Shown here piece after piece: positions 13,374 through 26,000 of a stretch of DNA of 64,000 nt; position 1 is the stretch's first letter, and every line of letters begins with the position of its first letter. The stretch comes from Eledone cirrhosa (taxonomy: Eukaryota). The stretch spans positions 208,878,001 through 208,942,000 of the forward strand of contig OZ024741.1 in the NCBI GenBank assembly GCA_964016885.1. The letters run 5' to 3'. The notes beneath the pieces were generated by a model. The model worked only from the letters and a program-made list of their open reading frames with translations. It was not told the DNA's origin and made no database searches. The translations under genes and the position numbers were made by a program.

Positions 13374-14300
13374 ATGAAAAAGCATAGCGCCCAAAGGGGG
13401 AGCAACAGTGCTGGAACCACCAGCAACCCAACAAATCTCCAACAAATCACGACGCCCCCGACCCACACATATAGGAGGAGACACAGAAAAATAACGTTGT
13501 ACAACCCACCCTACTCAGCGGCCCTAAAGAACAGCTTGGCCAGATCATTCTTTGGAGCACTTGATAAATGCTTCCCGAGGGACCATAGAAACGACAGGAT
13601 CTTCAAAAGACACACTGTGATGCTCTCGTATTCCACCACGAGAAATCTGGCCCAACACATAGCTAGCATCAAAAGGAGTAGGCTTAAAAACCACACACAA
13701 CCAGAAGATGGCAATACAAGCACTCAGCAGAACCATGTGAAAGGAGGGAAGGGGGGACCCAGAGCCCACCCAAAAAACCCAAACAGACCCAGAGACCGCC
13801 CACCGTGCCTGGGGGAAGACCACCATGTAACACGTAACGGGAACCCCAATCTAGGCACGCAGAGGTCGACCACCCTCTGCAACTGCAGAAACCCCGAATC
13901 ATGCCCCATTGGTAATGAATGCCTTAAGAAGAACTTAGTATATGGTTGTAGGGTTAAAACCCCCAACTCCGAACACCTCTACATAGGAGCCACATCAACG
14001 AGCTTTAAAGACTGCTGGTACAACCATCGCCATTCATTCAATAAGGAGGCCAAAAGGAAAAGCACGGCTCTCTCCGACTTGATCTGGAAGCTTAAGCTGG
14101 ACAGGACCCCGTACTCTCTGGCCTGGTACATAATCAGGAAAGTACCACCCGATAAAGGGGGATCTTGAATATGCAAACTATGTCTGAACGAGACCCTCGA
14201 GATACTAATAGGTGGAAGCGGTCTGATAAACCTCAGAACCGACTTCTTCGGGACATGCAGACACCTTAGAGCCGGGACCTTCCTCAAGATATATGGACAG
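13374..14300 (+). pseudogene. PLE GIY-YIG endonuclease region (in-frame TGA at 14166)
   Basis: LYNPPYS, CNCRNPESCPIGNECL and LVY...YIGATSTSFK...NHRHSF; after the TGA it continues ICKLCLNE...LINLRTDFFGTCRH. Confidence 0.85.
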
Positions 14301-14715
14301 TAACAACACAAGATGTGAACTCCCCTCAAGCTATAGGGACTTATCCAGAACATGTAGACACCTCTCGGCCAGACATTTTAATTTACTTGATTTCTGATTT
14401 TCAATTTTAAATTTTAAATCTTGATTTCTCTTTATTAATATGTTATTTGTTTTCTGTTCTCTTCACTGTATCACCTTATATTTATCTTTAAGTTGAGATT
14501 GATTATAATACAAACACATTTTGTTTGATTATCTTATTTTAACATCTTGATCCTCATACCAATCTATCCAACATATTTCTGACCTTGAGATTGGTTATAG
14601 CACACACACACTTTATCCTACTTTATTTGAATCTTCATTTTATTTTTCACTTCTCCATATTCATTTTCATTACTTTTTCACCAATTTTTCATGTATTCTT
14701 TATTCTCTATTCATT

Positions 14716-14903
14716 CGGTGGATTGGCAGTATCGGTAGAGGTTCGGACGCCATGCTTTGACGCATAGAGTTACGGCCCTTGCCATTCTGAGTTCAAATCC
14801 CGCCGAGGTTAACTTTGCCTTTCATCCTTACGGGGTCGATAAAATAAAGTACCAGTAATGTACTGGGTAATTTTCTGGCCTTGTGCCAATAGTAGAAACA
14901 ATT
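14716..14903 (+). mobile_element. Near full-length tRNA-derived SINE inserted in the right PLE arm
   Basis: A box tggcagtatcggtaga and B box gagttcaaatccc; absent from the homologous left-arm site (~10220). Confidence 0.9.
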
Positions 14904-15590
14904 ATTTATGTTCTGTTTTCTTCATTTATTGCCTTATATTTCTTCATATACATGGAAGTCCCCCCCCCCCCCACAACCACCACCACGGGAGATGGTGGCA
15001 GGAGGGATGAAAAAACACACACAGGTACTTCTAAATTGTCAGCAGCAGCAAGACATAAGCTGACCACAACACCAACAACACTACCGAAATAAGGGAGGAG
15101 GTCAAATGTACTTAACAATAGCAAACACAAACACTACAGGGAGTCTCATCCCAGAAAGAATTTCTATAGACTTCTGACTGAGGAATGCTCTCAAAACTGA
15201 CCAATGGGAATTTTAACATTTTTTTGTTATTTTGTTCCTTTACCACCTTGTTCCTTCTACCACTTTATCAATTTTTTAAGCTAACTCCAACAATAACAAC
15301 ACTACCAACACAAGAATTAAGGTCAGATGTACCTAACAATAACAAGAACAAGAACGACAGATTGGCTTGCCTCAGAACGAATTTCTATAGACTTTTGAAT
15401 GAGGAATGTTCTAACAACTGACCAATGACAGGAGAAGAGGCCCTTTGACACTGAAATTCGTTTGTTTGAATTCATATGATTCCAGTTCCTTAGAGAAATA
15501 ACAACCCAACCACGAACTGGGCATATCAGAGTATTGACAAAATTATACACCTCAACAGCATATGTACTTGTCTATACCACACTAATTCGG

Positions 15591-15645
15591 ACTGCCTGAA
15601 GAGGTCACAGCCAAAGATGGCTGTCACCGAAATATATATAACAGT
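15591..15645 (+). ncRNA. Type I hammerhead ribozyme; stem I mismatch next to the cleavage site
   Basis: actgc CTGAAGA ggtcacagccaaagatggctgtcacc GAAA tatata TA acagt. Confidence 0.8.
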
Positions 15646-15811
15646 AATAAACGAAGCTAAATTTTAAACATTTGACTTATTTATTTTACTTTATTTTACA
15701 TTACTCCGGAGTAACCAAACCAACCTGCGCACTTCGTCGAGTGCTCCAGCCTACATATTGAGGTGTTGGTATACAACCAACATATACTCAAAATCTATCT
15801 ATATATATATA

Positions 15812-15866
<55 letters not shown>

Positions 15867-16570
15867 AGATGTATTATTGATTGTGTCAAACGGTCCAATA
15901 CATTTTTGTTAGCAATATTATGTTCTCCACGCTTTTATATATCTCCAATTTCATTTATGGGAAAAGCTAGATGATGTTAAACAGAGTATTTGTATCAAAA
16001 TAAATATCCGAAGGCATGGTATTAATTTCCAATCATTTTAATCACGACACATGTTTCAATAAGAGATATATCGATCGTGTAGCCATGATCGATTATCACT
16101 GATCTCGTCAGGTGAAAATGAATTGTCTTCAAATCCTTGATATGGGGGAGAAAATTAACGATGTTCACTCACAGAGTTTAGTCCCTCATATGAAAATCAA
16201 GCAAAACACGGCGACTGCTATCGTCCTCACTTAGGGTCATAAAACTATCATGTCTCTATCTCCCAATAGCTGTAAAAGAAGCTGGACATCAATCAAATCT
16301 GTAGAATTACAGTCGGTGACAGTTAATGTGACCGACTATATACACACATTCACACACCGACGCGAACTCAAAGAAAAAATATATATGTACATATATTAAC
16401 ATAGCATCAAATCTGTAGAACTATAGACGGTCACAGTTATTGTGAGTGAGTACACACACAACGACGCGAGGTCAAAGAAAAATATATAAATATACCAACA
16501 TAGTATTCACCGAAAATTAGTTTACAAACAACAAAATGTTATATTGGTCAAATCTCAATTTGACGATGTA

Positions 16571-16866
16571 AATTGGAAAATTTGGGTCAACCACAACCCT
16601 ATACACACGCGAGTAAGTTCAGTTCAATGTTCTGCTATACGTGTATAGATTGAATTGTAACATCCGTATCTCCAAATAGTGTATGTTATGGTATAGACTC
16701 ATCCGTATCGTCCAAAAGAATTGGAAAAATTGGATCAACCGCAAACCTATACACACGCAAGTAAGTTCAGTTCAATGTTCTGCTATACGTATATAGATTG
16801 AATTGTAACATCCGTATCTCCAAATAGCGTATGTTATGGTATATACTCAACCGTATCGTCCAAAAA
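16571..16866. repeat. Two-copy ~148-bp tandem duplication
   Basis: aattggaaaa...ccgtatcgtccaaaa is repeated at 16571 and 16719. Confidence 0.85.
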
Positions 16867-17064
16867 AGTGTATGTTTAGGTATATAAACATCCATGTGAA
16901 GAGCATGTAGTCAGCTCATATCGAACTCAGTATGTGCCATTGTCCCACTGAAAATCTGAGTGCCCAAATCTGTGCGTGCAAGCTGCCGCTGTGTAGGCGT
17001 CCAAGGGGCTCTGTGTAGGATTGGGTATTTGGGTTAAGGTGTCAGTATGTGCGCTTTCCCGTCA

Positions 17065-20000
17065 TAATTTTCAGCAAAAAGGGGAGCTAAAGCTGACAGA
17101 CTCTGTTTCGCATTTGTTTATGCTTATCAAAGCTATCTACGCCTCCTGTTCGCTAAAAATCATGAATGTTTGATTCTTATAGAATTCTAGTAATAATCAG
17201 GAACTGATTTTACAGAGCGGTTGCCGGTCAAACATAAATTGAAAATTAGAATTGGTGCTCTGAAATAGTGACATATATATGAATGTATATATAGTGTATT
17301 TTGCAATACAGTGTATGCTTAATTAAAAGCATTTCACAGAGCGTATGCTATTGTTTTAGAGTAGTGACAGTCTCACTTACTTTAATTTTCAGCAAACAGG
17401 GGAGGTAAAGCTGACAGAGCTCTGTTTCGCAATTTTTCATGTTTATCAAAGCTAAATACTCCTCCTGTTTGCTGAAAATCATAACTGTTTGATTCTTATA
17501 GAATTCTAGTAATAATCAGGAACTGAATATACAGAGCGGTTGCCGGTCAAGCAGAAATTGAAAATTAGAATTGGTGCTCTGAAATAGCGATATATATCTG
17601 AATGTATATATAGTGTATTTTGCAATACACTGTATGTTAATTAAAATCATTTCGAAGTCCTTATGCTATTGTTTTAGAGTAGTGACAGTCTCACTTACAT
17701 TAATTTTCAGCAAACAGGGGGAAAAAAGGTGAAAGAGCTATGTTTCGCATTTTTTAATGTTTATCAAAGCTTTCTAATCCTCCTGTTTGCTTAAAATCAT
17801 GACTGTATGATTCTTATAGAATTCTAGTAATAATCAGGAACTGATTATACAGAGCGTTTTGCCGGTCAAGCAGTAATTGGAAATTAGATTTGGTGCTCTG
17901 AAATAGCGATATATATATGAAGGTATATATAGTGTATTTTGCAATACACTGTATGCATAATTAAAAGTATTTCAAAGATCATATGCTATTGTTTTAGAGT
18001 AGTGACAGTCTCACTTACTCTAATTTTCATCAAACAGGGGAGATAAAGATGACAGAGCTCTGTTTCGCATTTTTTTATGTGTATCAAAGCTAATTACTCC
18101 TCCTGTTTTCTGAAAATCATTAATGTTTGATTCTTATATCATTCTAGTAATAATCAGGAACTGACTATACAGACCGGTTGCCGGTCAAGCAGAAATTGAA
18201 AATTAGAATTGGGGCTCTGGAATAGCGATATATATATGAATGTATATATAGTGTATTTTGCAATACAATGTATGCTTAATTAAAAGCATTTCGAAGATCT
18301 TATGCTATGAGTATTGGCATTCTCACTTACTTTAATGTTCAGCAAACAGGGGAGATAAGGCGGACAGAGCTCTGTTTCGCATTTGTTTATGCTTATCAAA
18401 GCTATCTACTCCTCCTGTTTGCTAAAAATCATGAATGTTTGATTCTTATAGAATTCTAGTAATAATAATGAACTGTCTACACAGAGCGGTTGCCGGTCAA
18501 GCAAAAATTGAAAATTAGAATTGGTCCTCTGAAATAGCGACATATATATGAATGTATATATAGTATATTTTGCAATACAGTGTATGCTTAATTAAAAGCA
18601 TTTCACAGAGCGTATGCTATTGTTTTAGAGTAGTGACAGTCTCACTTACTTTAATTTTCAGCAAACAGGGCAGGTAAAGCTGACAGAGCTATGTTTCGCA
18701 TTTTTTTTTTTTTTATGAAAGCTCATCCTGTTTGCTGAAAATCATGAATATTTGATTCTTATAGAATTCTAGTAATAATCAGGAACTTATTATACAGAGC
18801 GGCTGCCGATCAAGCAGAAATTGAAAATTAGAATTGGTACTCTGAAATAGCGATATATATATGAATGTATATATAGTGTATTTTGCAATACACTGTATGT
18901 TCATTAAAATCATTTCGAAGACCTTATGCTATTGTTTTAGAGTATTGGCATTCTCACTTACTTTAATGTTCAACAAAGAGGGGAGATAAGGCTGACAGAG
19001 CTCTGTTTCGCATTTGTTTATACTTATCAAAGCTAACTACTCCTCCTGTTTGCTAAAAATCATGAATGTTTGATTCTTATAGAATTCTAGTAATAATCGG
19101 GAACTGATTATACAGAGCGGTTGTCAGTCAATCAGAAATTGAAAATTAGAATTGGTGCTCTGAAATGGCGATATATATATGAATGTATATATAGTGTATT
19201 TTGCAATACACTGTATGCTTAATTAAAAGCATTTTGAACACCTTATGCTATTGTTTTAGAGTAGTGACAGTCTCACTTACATTAATTTTCAGCAAACAGG
19301 GGAGCTAAAGCTGACAGAGCTCTGTTTCGCATTTGTTTATGCTTATCAAAGATATCTACTCCTCCTGTTTGCTAAAAATCATGAATGTTTGATTCTTATA
19401 GAATTCAAGTAATAATCAGGAAGTGCTTATAAGGAGCGGTTGCCGGTCAAGCAGAAATTGAAAATTAGAATTGTTGCACTGATATAGCGATATATAAATG
19501 AATGTATACATAGTGTATTTTGCAATACAGTGTATGCTTAATGAAAAGCATTTCAAAGATCATATGCCATTGTTTTAGAGTAGTGACAGTCTCACTTACG
19601 CTAATTTTCAGAAAACAGAGGAGGTAAAGCTGACAGAGCTCTGTTTCGCATTTTTTTATGCTTATCAAAGCTAACCACTCCTCCTGTTTGCTGAAAATCA
19701 TAACTGTTTGATTCTAATAGAATTCTAGTAATAATCAGGAACTGACTATACAGTCCGGTTGCCGGTCAAGCAGAAATTGAAAATTAGAATTGCTGCTCTG
19801 AAATAGCGATATATATATGAATGTATATATAGTGTATTTTGCAATACACTGTATGCTTAATTAAAAGCATTTCGAAGACCTTATGCTATTGTTTTAGAGT
19901 AGTGACAATCTCACTTACATTAATTTTATGCCTGTCTCATTTACATTAATTTTCAACAAACAAGGGAGATAAAGCTGACAGAGCGTTGTTTCGCATTTTT

Positions 20001-23000
20001 TTATGCTTCTCAAAGTTAACGAGTCCTCCTGTTCGCTGAAAATCATAACTGTTTGATTCTAATAGAATTCTAGTAATAATCAGGAACTGACTATACAGTC
20101 CGGTTGCCGGTCAAGCAGAAATTGAAAATTAGAATTGGTGCTCTGAAATAATGATATATATATGAATGTATATTTCTAGTGTATTTTGCAATTCAATGTA
20201 TGCTTAATTAAACCCATTTCGAAGACCTTATGCTATTGTTTTAGAGTAGTGACAGCCTCATTTATTTAATTTTGAGCAAACAGGGATGGTAAATCTGACA
20301 GAGCTCTGTTTCGCATTTTGTGATGCTTATCAAAGCTAACTAGTCCTCCTGTTTGCTAAAAATCATGAATATTTGATTCTTATAGAATTCTAGTAATAAT
20401 CAGGAACTGATTATACAGAGCGGTGGCCGGTCAAGCCGAAATTGAAAATTAGAATTGGTGCTCTGAAATAGCGATATATATCTGAATGTATATATAGTGT
20501 ATTTTGCAATACACTGTATGTTAATTAAAATAATTTCGAAGACCTTATGCTGTTGTTTTAGAGTAGTGACAGTCTCACTTACTTTAATGTTTAGCAAACA
20601 GGGGAGATAAAGCTGTCAGACCTCTGTTTCGCATGTTTTTATTCTTATCAAATCTATCTACTGCTCCTGTTTGCTGTAAATCATGAATGTTTGATTCTTA
20701 TAGAATTCTAGTAATAATCAGAGTGGTTGCGGTCAAGCAGAAATTGAAAATTAGAATTGGTGCTCTGAAATAGTGATATATATATAAATGTATATATAGT
20801 GTATTTTGCACTACAGTGTATGCTTAATTAAAAGCATTTCACAGAGCGTATGCTATTGTTTTATAGTAGTGACAGTCTCACTTACTTTAATTTTCAGCAA
20901 ACAGGGGAGATAAAGCTGACGGAGCTCTGTTTCGCATTTGTTTATGCTTATCAAAGCTAACTACTCCTCTTGTTTGCTGAAAATCATGACTGTTTGATTC
21001 TTACAGAATTCTAGTAATATTCAGGAACTGATTATACAAAGCGGTTGCCGGTCAAGCAGAAATGGAAATTTAGAATTGGTGCTCTGAAATAGCGATATAT
21101 ATATGAATGTATATATAGTGTATTTTGCAATACACTGTCTGCTTAATAAAACATTTCGAAGACCTTATGCTATTGTTTTAGAGTAGTGACAGTCTCATTT
21201 ACATTAATTTTCAGCAAACAGGTGAGATAAAGCTGACAGAGCTCTGTTTCGCATTTTTTTATGCTTATCAAATCTATCTACTCCTCCTGTTTGCTGTAAA
21301 TCATGAGTGTTTGATTCTTATAGAATTCTAGTAATAATCAGGAACTGACTATACAGAGCGGTTGCCGGTCAAGCAGAAATTGAAAATAAGAATTGGTGCT
21401 CTGAAATGGCGATATATATATGAAGGTATATATAGTGTATTTTGCAATACACTGTATGCTTCAATAAAAGAATTACGAAGACCTTATGCTATTGTTTTAG
21501 AGTAGTGACAGTTTCACTTATTTTAATTTTCTGCAAACAGGGGAGATGAGGCTGACAGAGCTCTGTTTAGCATTTGTTTATGCTTATCAAAGCTAACTAC
21601 TTCTCCTGTTTGCTGAATGTCATGACTGTTTGATTCTTACAAAATTCTAGTAATAATCAGGAACTGATTATACAGACCTGTTGCCGGTCAAGCAGAAATT
21701 GAAAATTAGAATTGGTGCTCTAAAATGGCGATATATATGTGAATGTATATATAGTGTATTTTGTAATACAGTGTATGCTTAATTAAAAGCATTTTGAAGA
21801 CCTTATGCTATTGTTTTAGACTAGTGACAGTCTCATTTACATTAATTTTCAGCAATCAAGTGAGGTAAAGCTGACAGAGCGCTGTTTCGCATTTTTTAAT
21901 GCTTATCAAAGCTAACTACTCCTCCTGTTTGCTGAAAATCATGAATGTTTGATTCTTATAGAATTCTAGTAATAGTCAGGAACTGACTATACAGAGCGGT
22001 AGGCGGTCAAGCAGAAATTGAAAATTAGAATTGGTGCTCTGAAATAGTGATATATATATGAATGTATATATAGTGTATTTGCAATACAATGTATGCTTAA
22101 TTAAAATCATTTCACAGAGCGTGTGCTATTGTTTTAGAGTAGTGACAGTCTCACTTACTTTAATGTTTAGCAAACAGGGGAGATAAAGCTGACAGAACTC
22201 TGTTTCGCATGTTTTTATTCTTATCAAATCTATCTACTCCTACTGTTTGTTGTAAACATAACTGTTTGATTCTCATAGAAGTCTAGTAATAATCAGGAAC
22301 TGATTATACAGAGCGGTTGCGGTCAAGCCGAAATTGAAAATTAGAATTGGTCATCTGAAATAGCGATATATATATGAATGTATATATAGTGTATTTTGCA
22401 ATACACTGTATGGTTAATTAAAAGCATTTCGAAGACATTATGCTATTGTTTTAGAGTAGTGACAGTCTCACTTACATTAATTTTAAGCAAACAGGGAGAT
22501 AAAGCTGACAGAGCTCTGTTTCGCATGTTTTTATTCTTATCAAATCTATCTACTCCTACTGTTTGTTGTAAACATAACTGTTTGATTCTCATAGAAGTCT
22601 AGTAATAATCAGGAACTGATTATACAGAGCGGTTACCGGTCAAGCAGAAATTGAAAATTAGAATTGGTCATCTGAAATAGCGATATATATATGAATGTAT
22701 ATATAGTGTATTTGCAATACAGTGTATGCTTAATTAAAATCATTTCACAGAGCGTGTGCTATTGTTTTAGAGTAGTGACAGTCTCACTTATTTTAATTTT
22801 CAGCAAACAGGGGAGATGAGGCTGACAGAGTTCTGTTTCGCATTTTTTTATGTTTATCAAAGCTATTTACTCCTCCTGTTAGCTGAAAATCATGAATATT
22901 TAATTCTTATAGAATTCTAGTAATAATCAGGAACTGATTATACAGAGCGGTTGCCGGTCAAGCATGAATTGAAAATTAGAATTGGTGTCCTGAAATAGCG

Positions 23001-26000
23001 ATATGTATCTGAATGTATATTAGTGTAATTTGCAATACAGTGTATGCTTAATAAAAATCATTTCGAAGAACTTGTGCTATTGTTTTAGAGTAGTAACAGT
23101 CTCACTTACTTTAATGTTTAGCAAACAGGGGAGATAAAGCTGACAGAGCTCTGTTTCGCATTTTTTTATGCTTATCAAAGATATCTACTCCTCCTGTTTG
23201 CTGAATATCATGAATATTTGATTCTTATAGAATTCTAGTAATAATCAGGAACTGATTATCCAGAGCGTTTGCCGGTCAAGGAGAAATTGAAAATTAGAAT
23301 TGGTGCTCTGAAATAGTGATATATATATGAATGTATATATATTGTGTATTTTGCAATACAGTGTATGCTCAATTAAAATCATTTCACAGAGCGTATGCTA
23401 TTGTTTTAGAGTAGTGACAGTCTCACTTATTTTAATTTTCAGCAAACAGGGGAGGTAAAGCTGACAGAGCTATGTTTCGCATTTTTTTATGCTTATCAAA
23501 GCTATCTACTCCTCCTGTTTGCTGAAAATCATGAATATATCATTCTTATGGAATTCTAGTTATAATCAGGAACGGATTATACCGAGCGGTTGCCGGTCAA
23601 GCAGAAATTGAAAATTAGAATTGGTGCTCTGAAATAGCGATATATATCTGAATGTATATATAGTGGATTTTGCAATACACTGTATGCTTAATTAAAAGCA
23701 TTTCGAAGACCTTATGCTATTGTTTTAGAGTAGTGACAGTCTCACTTATTTTAATTTTCAGCAAACAGGGGAGGTAAAGCTGACAAAGCTCTGTTTCGCA
23801 TTTTTCATGTTTATCAAATCTATTTACTCCTCCTGTGTGCTGAAAATCATGAATAATTGATTTTTATAGAATTCTAGTAATAATCAGGAACTGACTATAC
23901 AGAGCGGTTGCCGGTCAAGCAGAAATTGAAAATTAGAATTGGTGCTCTGAAATAGCGATATACATATCTGAATGTATATATGGTGTATTTTGCAATACAC
24001 TGTATGTTAATTAAAATCATTTCGAAGACCTTATGCTTATCAAAGCTAACTACTCCTCCTGTTTGCTGATAAACATGAATGTTTGATTCTTATAGAATTC
24101 TAGTAATAATCAGGAACTGATTATACAGAGCGTTTGTCGGTCAAGCAAAAATTGAAAATTAGAAATGGTGCTCTGAAATAACGATATATATATGAAGGTA
24201 TATATAGTGTATTTTGCAATACACTGTATACTTAAATAAAAGCATTACGAAGACCTTATGCTATTGTTTTAGAGTAGTGACAGTATTACTTACATTAATT
24301 TTCAGCAAACAGGGGAGATAAAGGTGAAAGAGCTCTTTTTCGCATTTGTTTATGCTTATCAAAGCTAACTACTCCTCCTGTTTGCTGAAAATCATGAATA
24401 TTTGTTTCTTATAGAATTCTAGTAATAATCAGGAACTGATTATACAGAGCGGGTGCCGGTCAAGCAGATATTGAAAATTAGAATTGGTGCTCTGAAATAA
24501 CGATATATATATATGAATGTATATATAGTGTAGTTTGCAATACACTGTATGCTCAATTAAAATCATTTCACAGAGCGTATGCTATTGTTTTAGGGTAGTG
24601 ACAGTCTCACTTACTTTAATTTTCAGCAAACAGGGGAGCTAAAGGTGAAAGAGCTCTGTTTCGCATTTGTTTATGCTTATCAAATCTATCTACTCCTCCT
24701 GTTTGTTGTAACATAACTGTTTGATTCTTACAGAATTCTAGTAATAATCAGGTACTGAATATACAGAGCGGTTGCCGGTCAAGCAGAAATTGAAAATTAG
24801 AATTAGTCCTCTGAAATAGCGATATATATCTGAATGTATATATAGTATATTTTGCAGTACACTCTATGCTTAATTAAAAGCATTTCGAAGACCTTATGCT
24901 ATTGTTTTAGAGTAGTGACAATCTCACTTACATTAATTATAAACAAACAGGGAGATAAAGCTGACAGAGCTCTGTTTCGCATTTTTTATGTTTCTTGAAA
25001 ATCATGAATATTTGATTCTTATAGAATTCTACTAATAATCAGGAACTGATTATACAGACCGGTTGCCGGTCAAGCAGAAATTGAAAATTAGAATTGGTGC
25101 TCTGAAATAACGATATACATATGAATGTATATATAGTGTAGTTTGCAATACACTGTATGCTCAATTAAAATCATTTCACAGAGCGTATGCTATTGTTTTA
25201 GAGTAGTGACAGTCTCACTTACTTTAATTTTCAGCAAACAGGGGAGCTAAAGGTGAAAGAGCTCTGTTTCGCATTTGTTTATGCTTATCAAATATATCTA
25301 CTTCTCCTGTTTGTTGTAAACATAACTGTTTCATTCTTATAGAAGTCCACTAATAATCAGGAACTGATTATACAGAGCGGTTGCCGGTCAAGCAGAAATT
25401 GAAAATTAGAATTGGTCCTCTGAAATAGCGATATATATATGAACGTATATATAGTGTATTTTGCAATACAATGTATGCTTAATTAAAATCATTTCGAAGA
25501 CCTTATGCTATTGTTTTAGAGTAGTGACAGTCTCACTTACATTAATTTTCAGCAAACAGGGGAAATAAAGCTGACAGCGCTCTGTTTCACATTTTTTTAT
25601 GCTTATCAAAGCTAACGACTTCTCCTGTTTACTGATAATCACGAATGTTTGATTCTTATAGAATTCTAGTAATAATCAGGAACTGATTATACAGAGCGTT
25701 TGCCGGTCAAGCAGAAATTGAAAATTAGAATTGGTGCTCTGAAATAGCGATATATATATGAATGTATTATAGCGTATTTTGCAATACACTGTATGATTAA
25801 TTAAAATCATTTTGAAGACCGTATGCTATTGTTTTAGAGTAGTGAGTCTCATTTATTTTAATTCTCAGGAAACAGGGGAGATAAAGAAGACAGAGCTCTA
25901 TTTCGCATTTTTCTATGCTTATCAAAGATAACTATTCCTCCTCTTTGCTGAAAATCATGAATGTTTGATTCTTATAGAATTCTAGTAATATTCATGAACT

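Larger units (their letters stand above)
13300..15795 (+). mobile_element. Inverted, 5'-truncated second arm of the same PLE
   Basis: Reverse complement of 9447-11770 apart from a SINE insertion and indels; ends in (TA)n. Confidence 0.92.

Noticed and set aside
14166-14168. In-frame TGA in the GIY-YIG ORF (both arms) as a selenocysteine codon, as reported for some Naiad PLEs
   Set aside because: It lies two codons before the conserved CxxC, where the other PLEs here have R or P rather than Cys. CGA->TGA decay is the simpler explanation.
14716-14810. tRNA gene
   Set aside because: A and B boxes are present, but there is no cloverleaf; it is the head of a multi-copy SINE.
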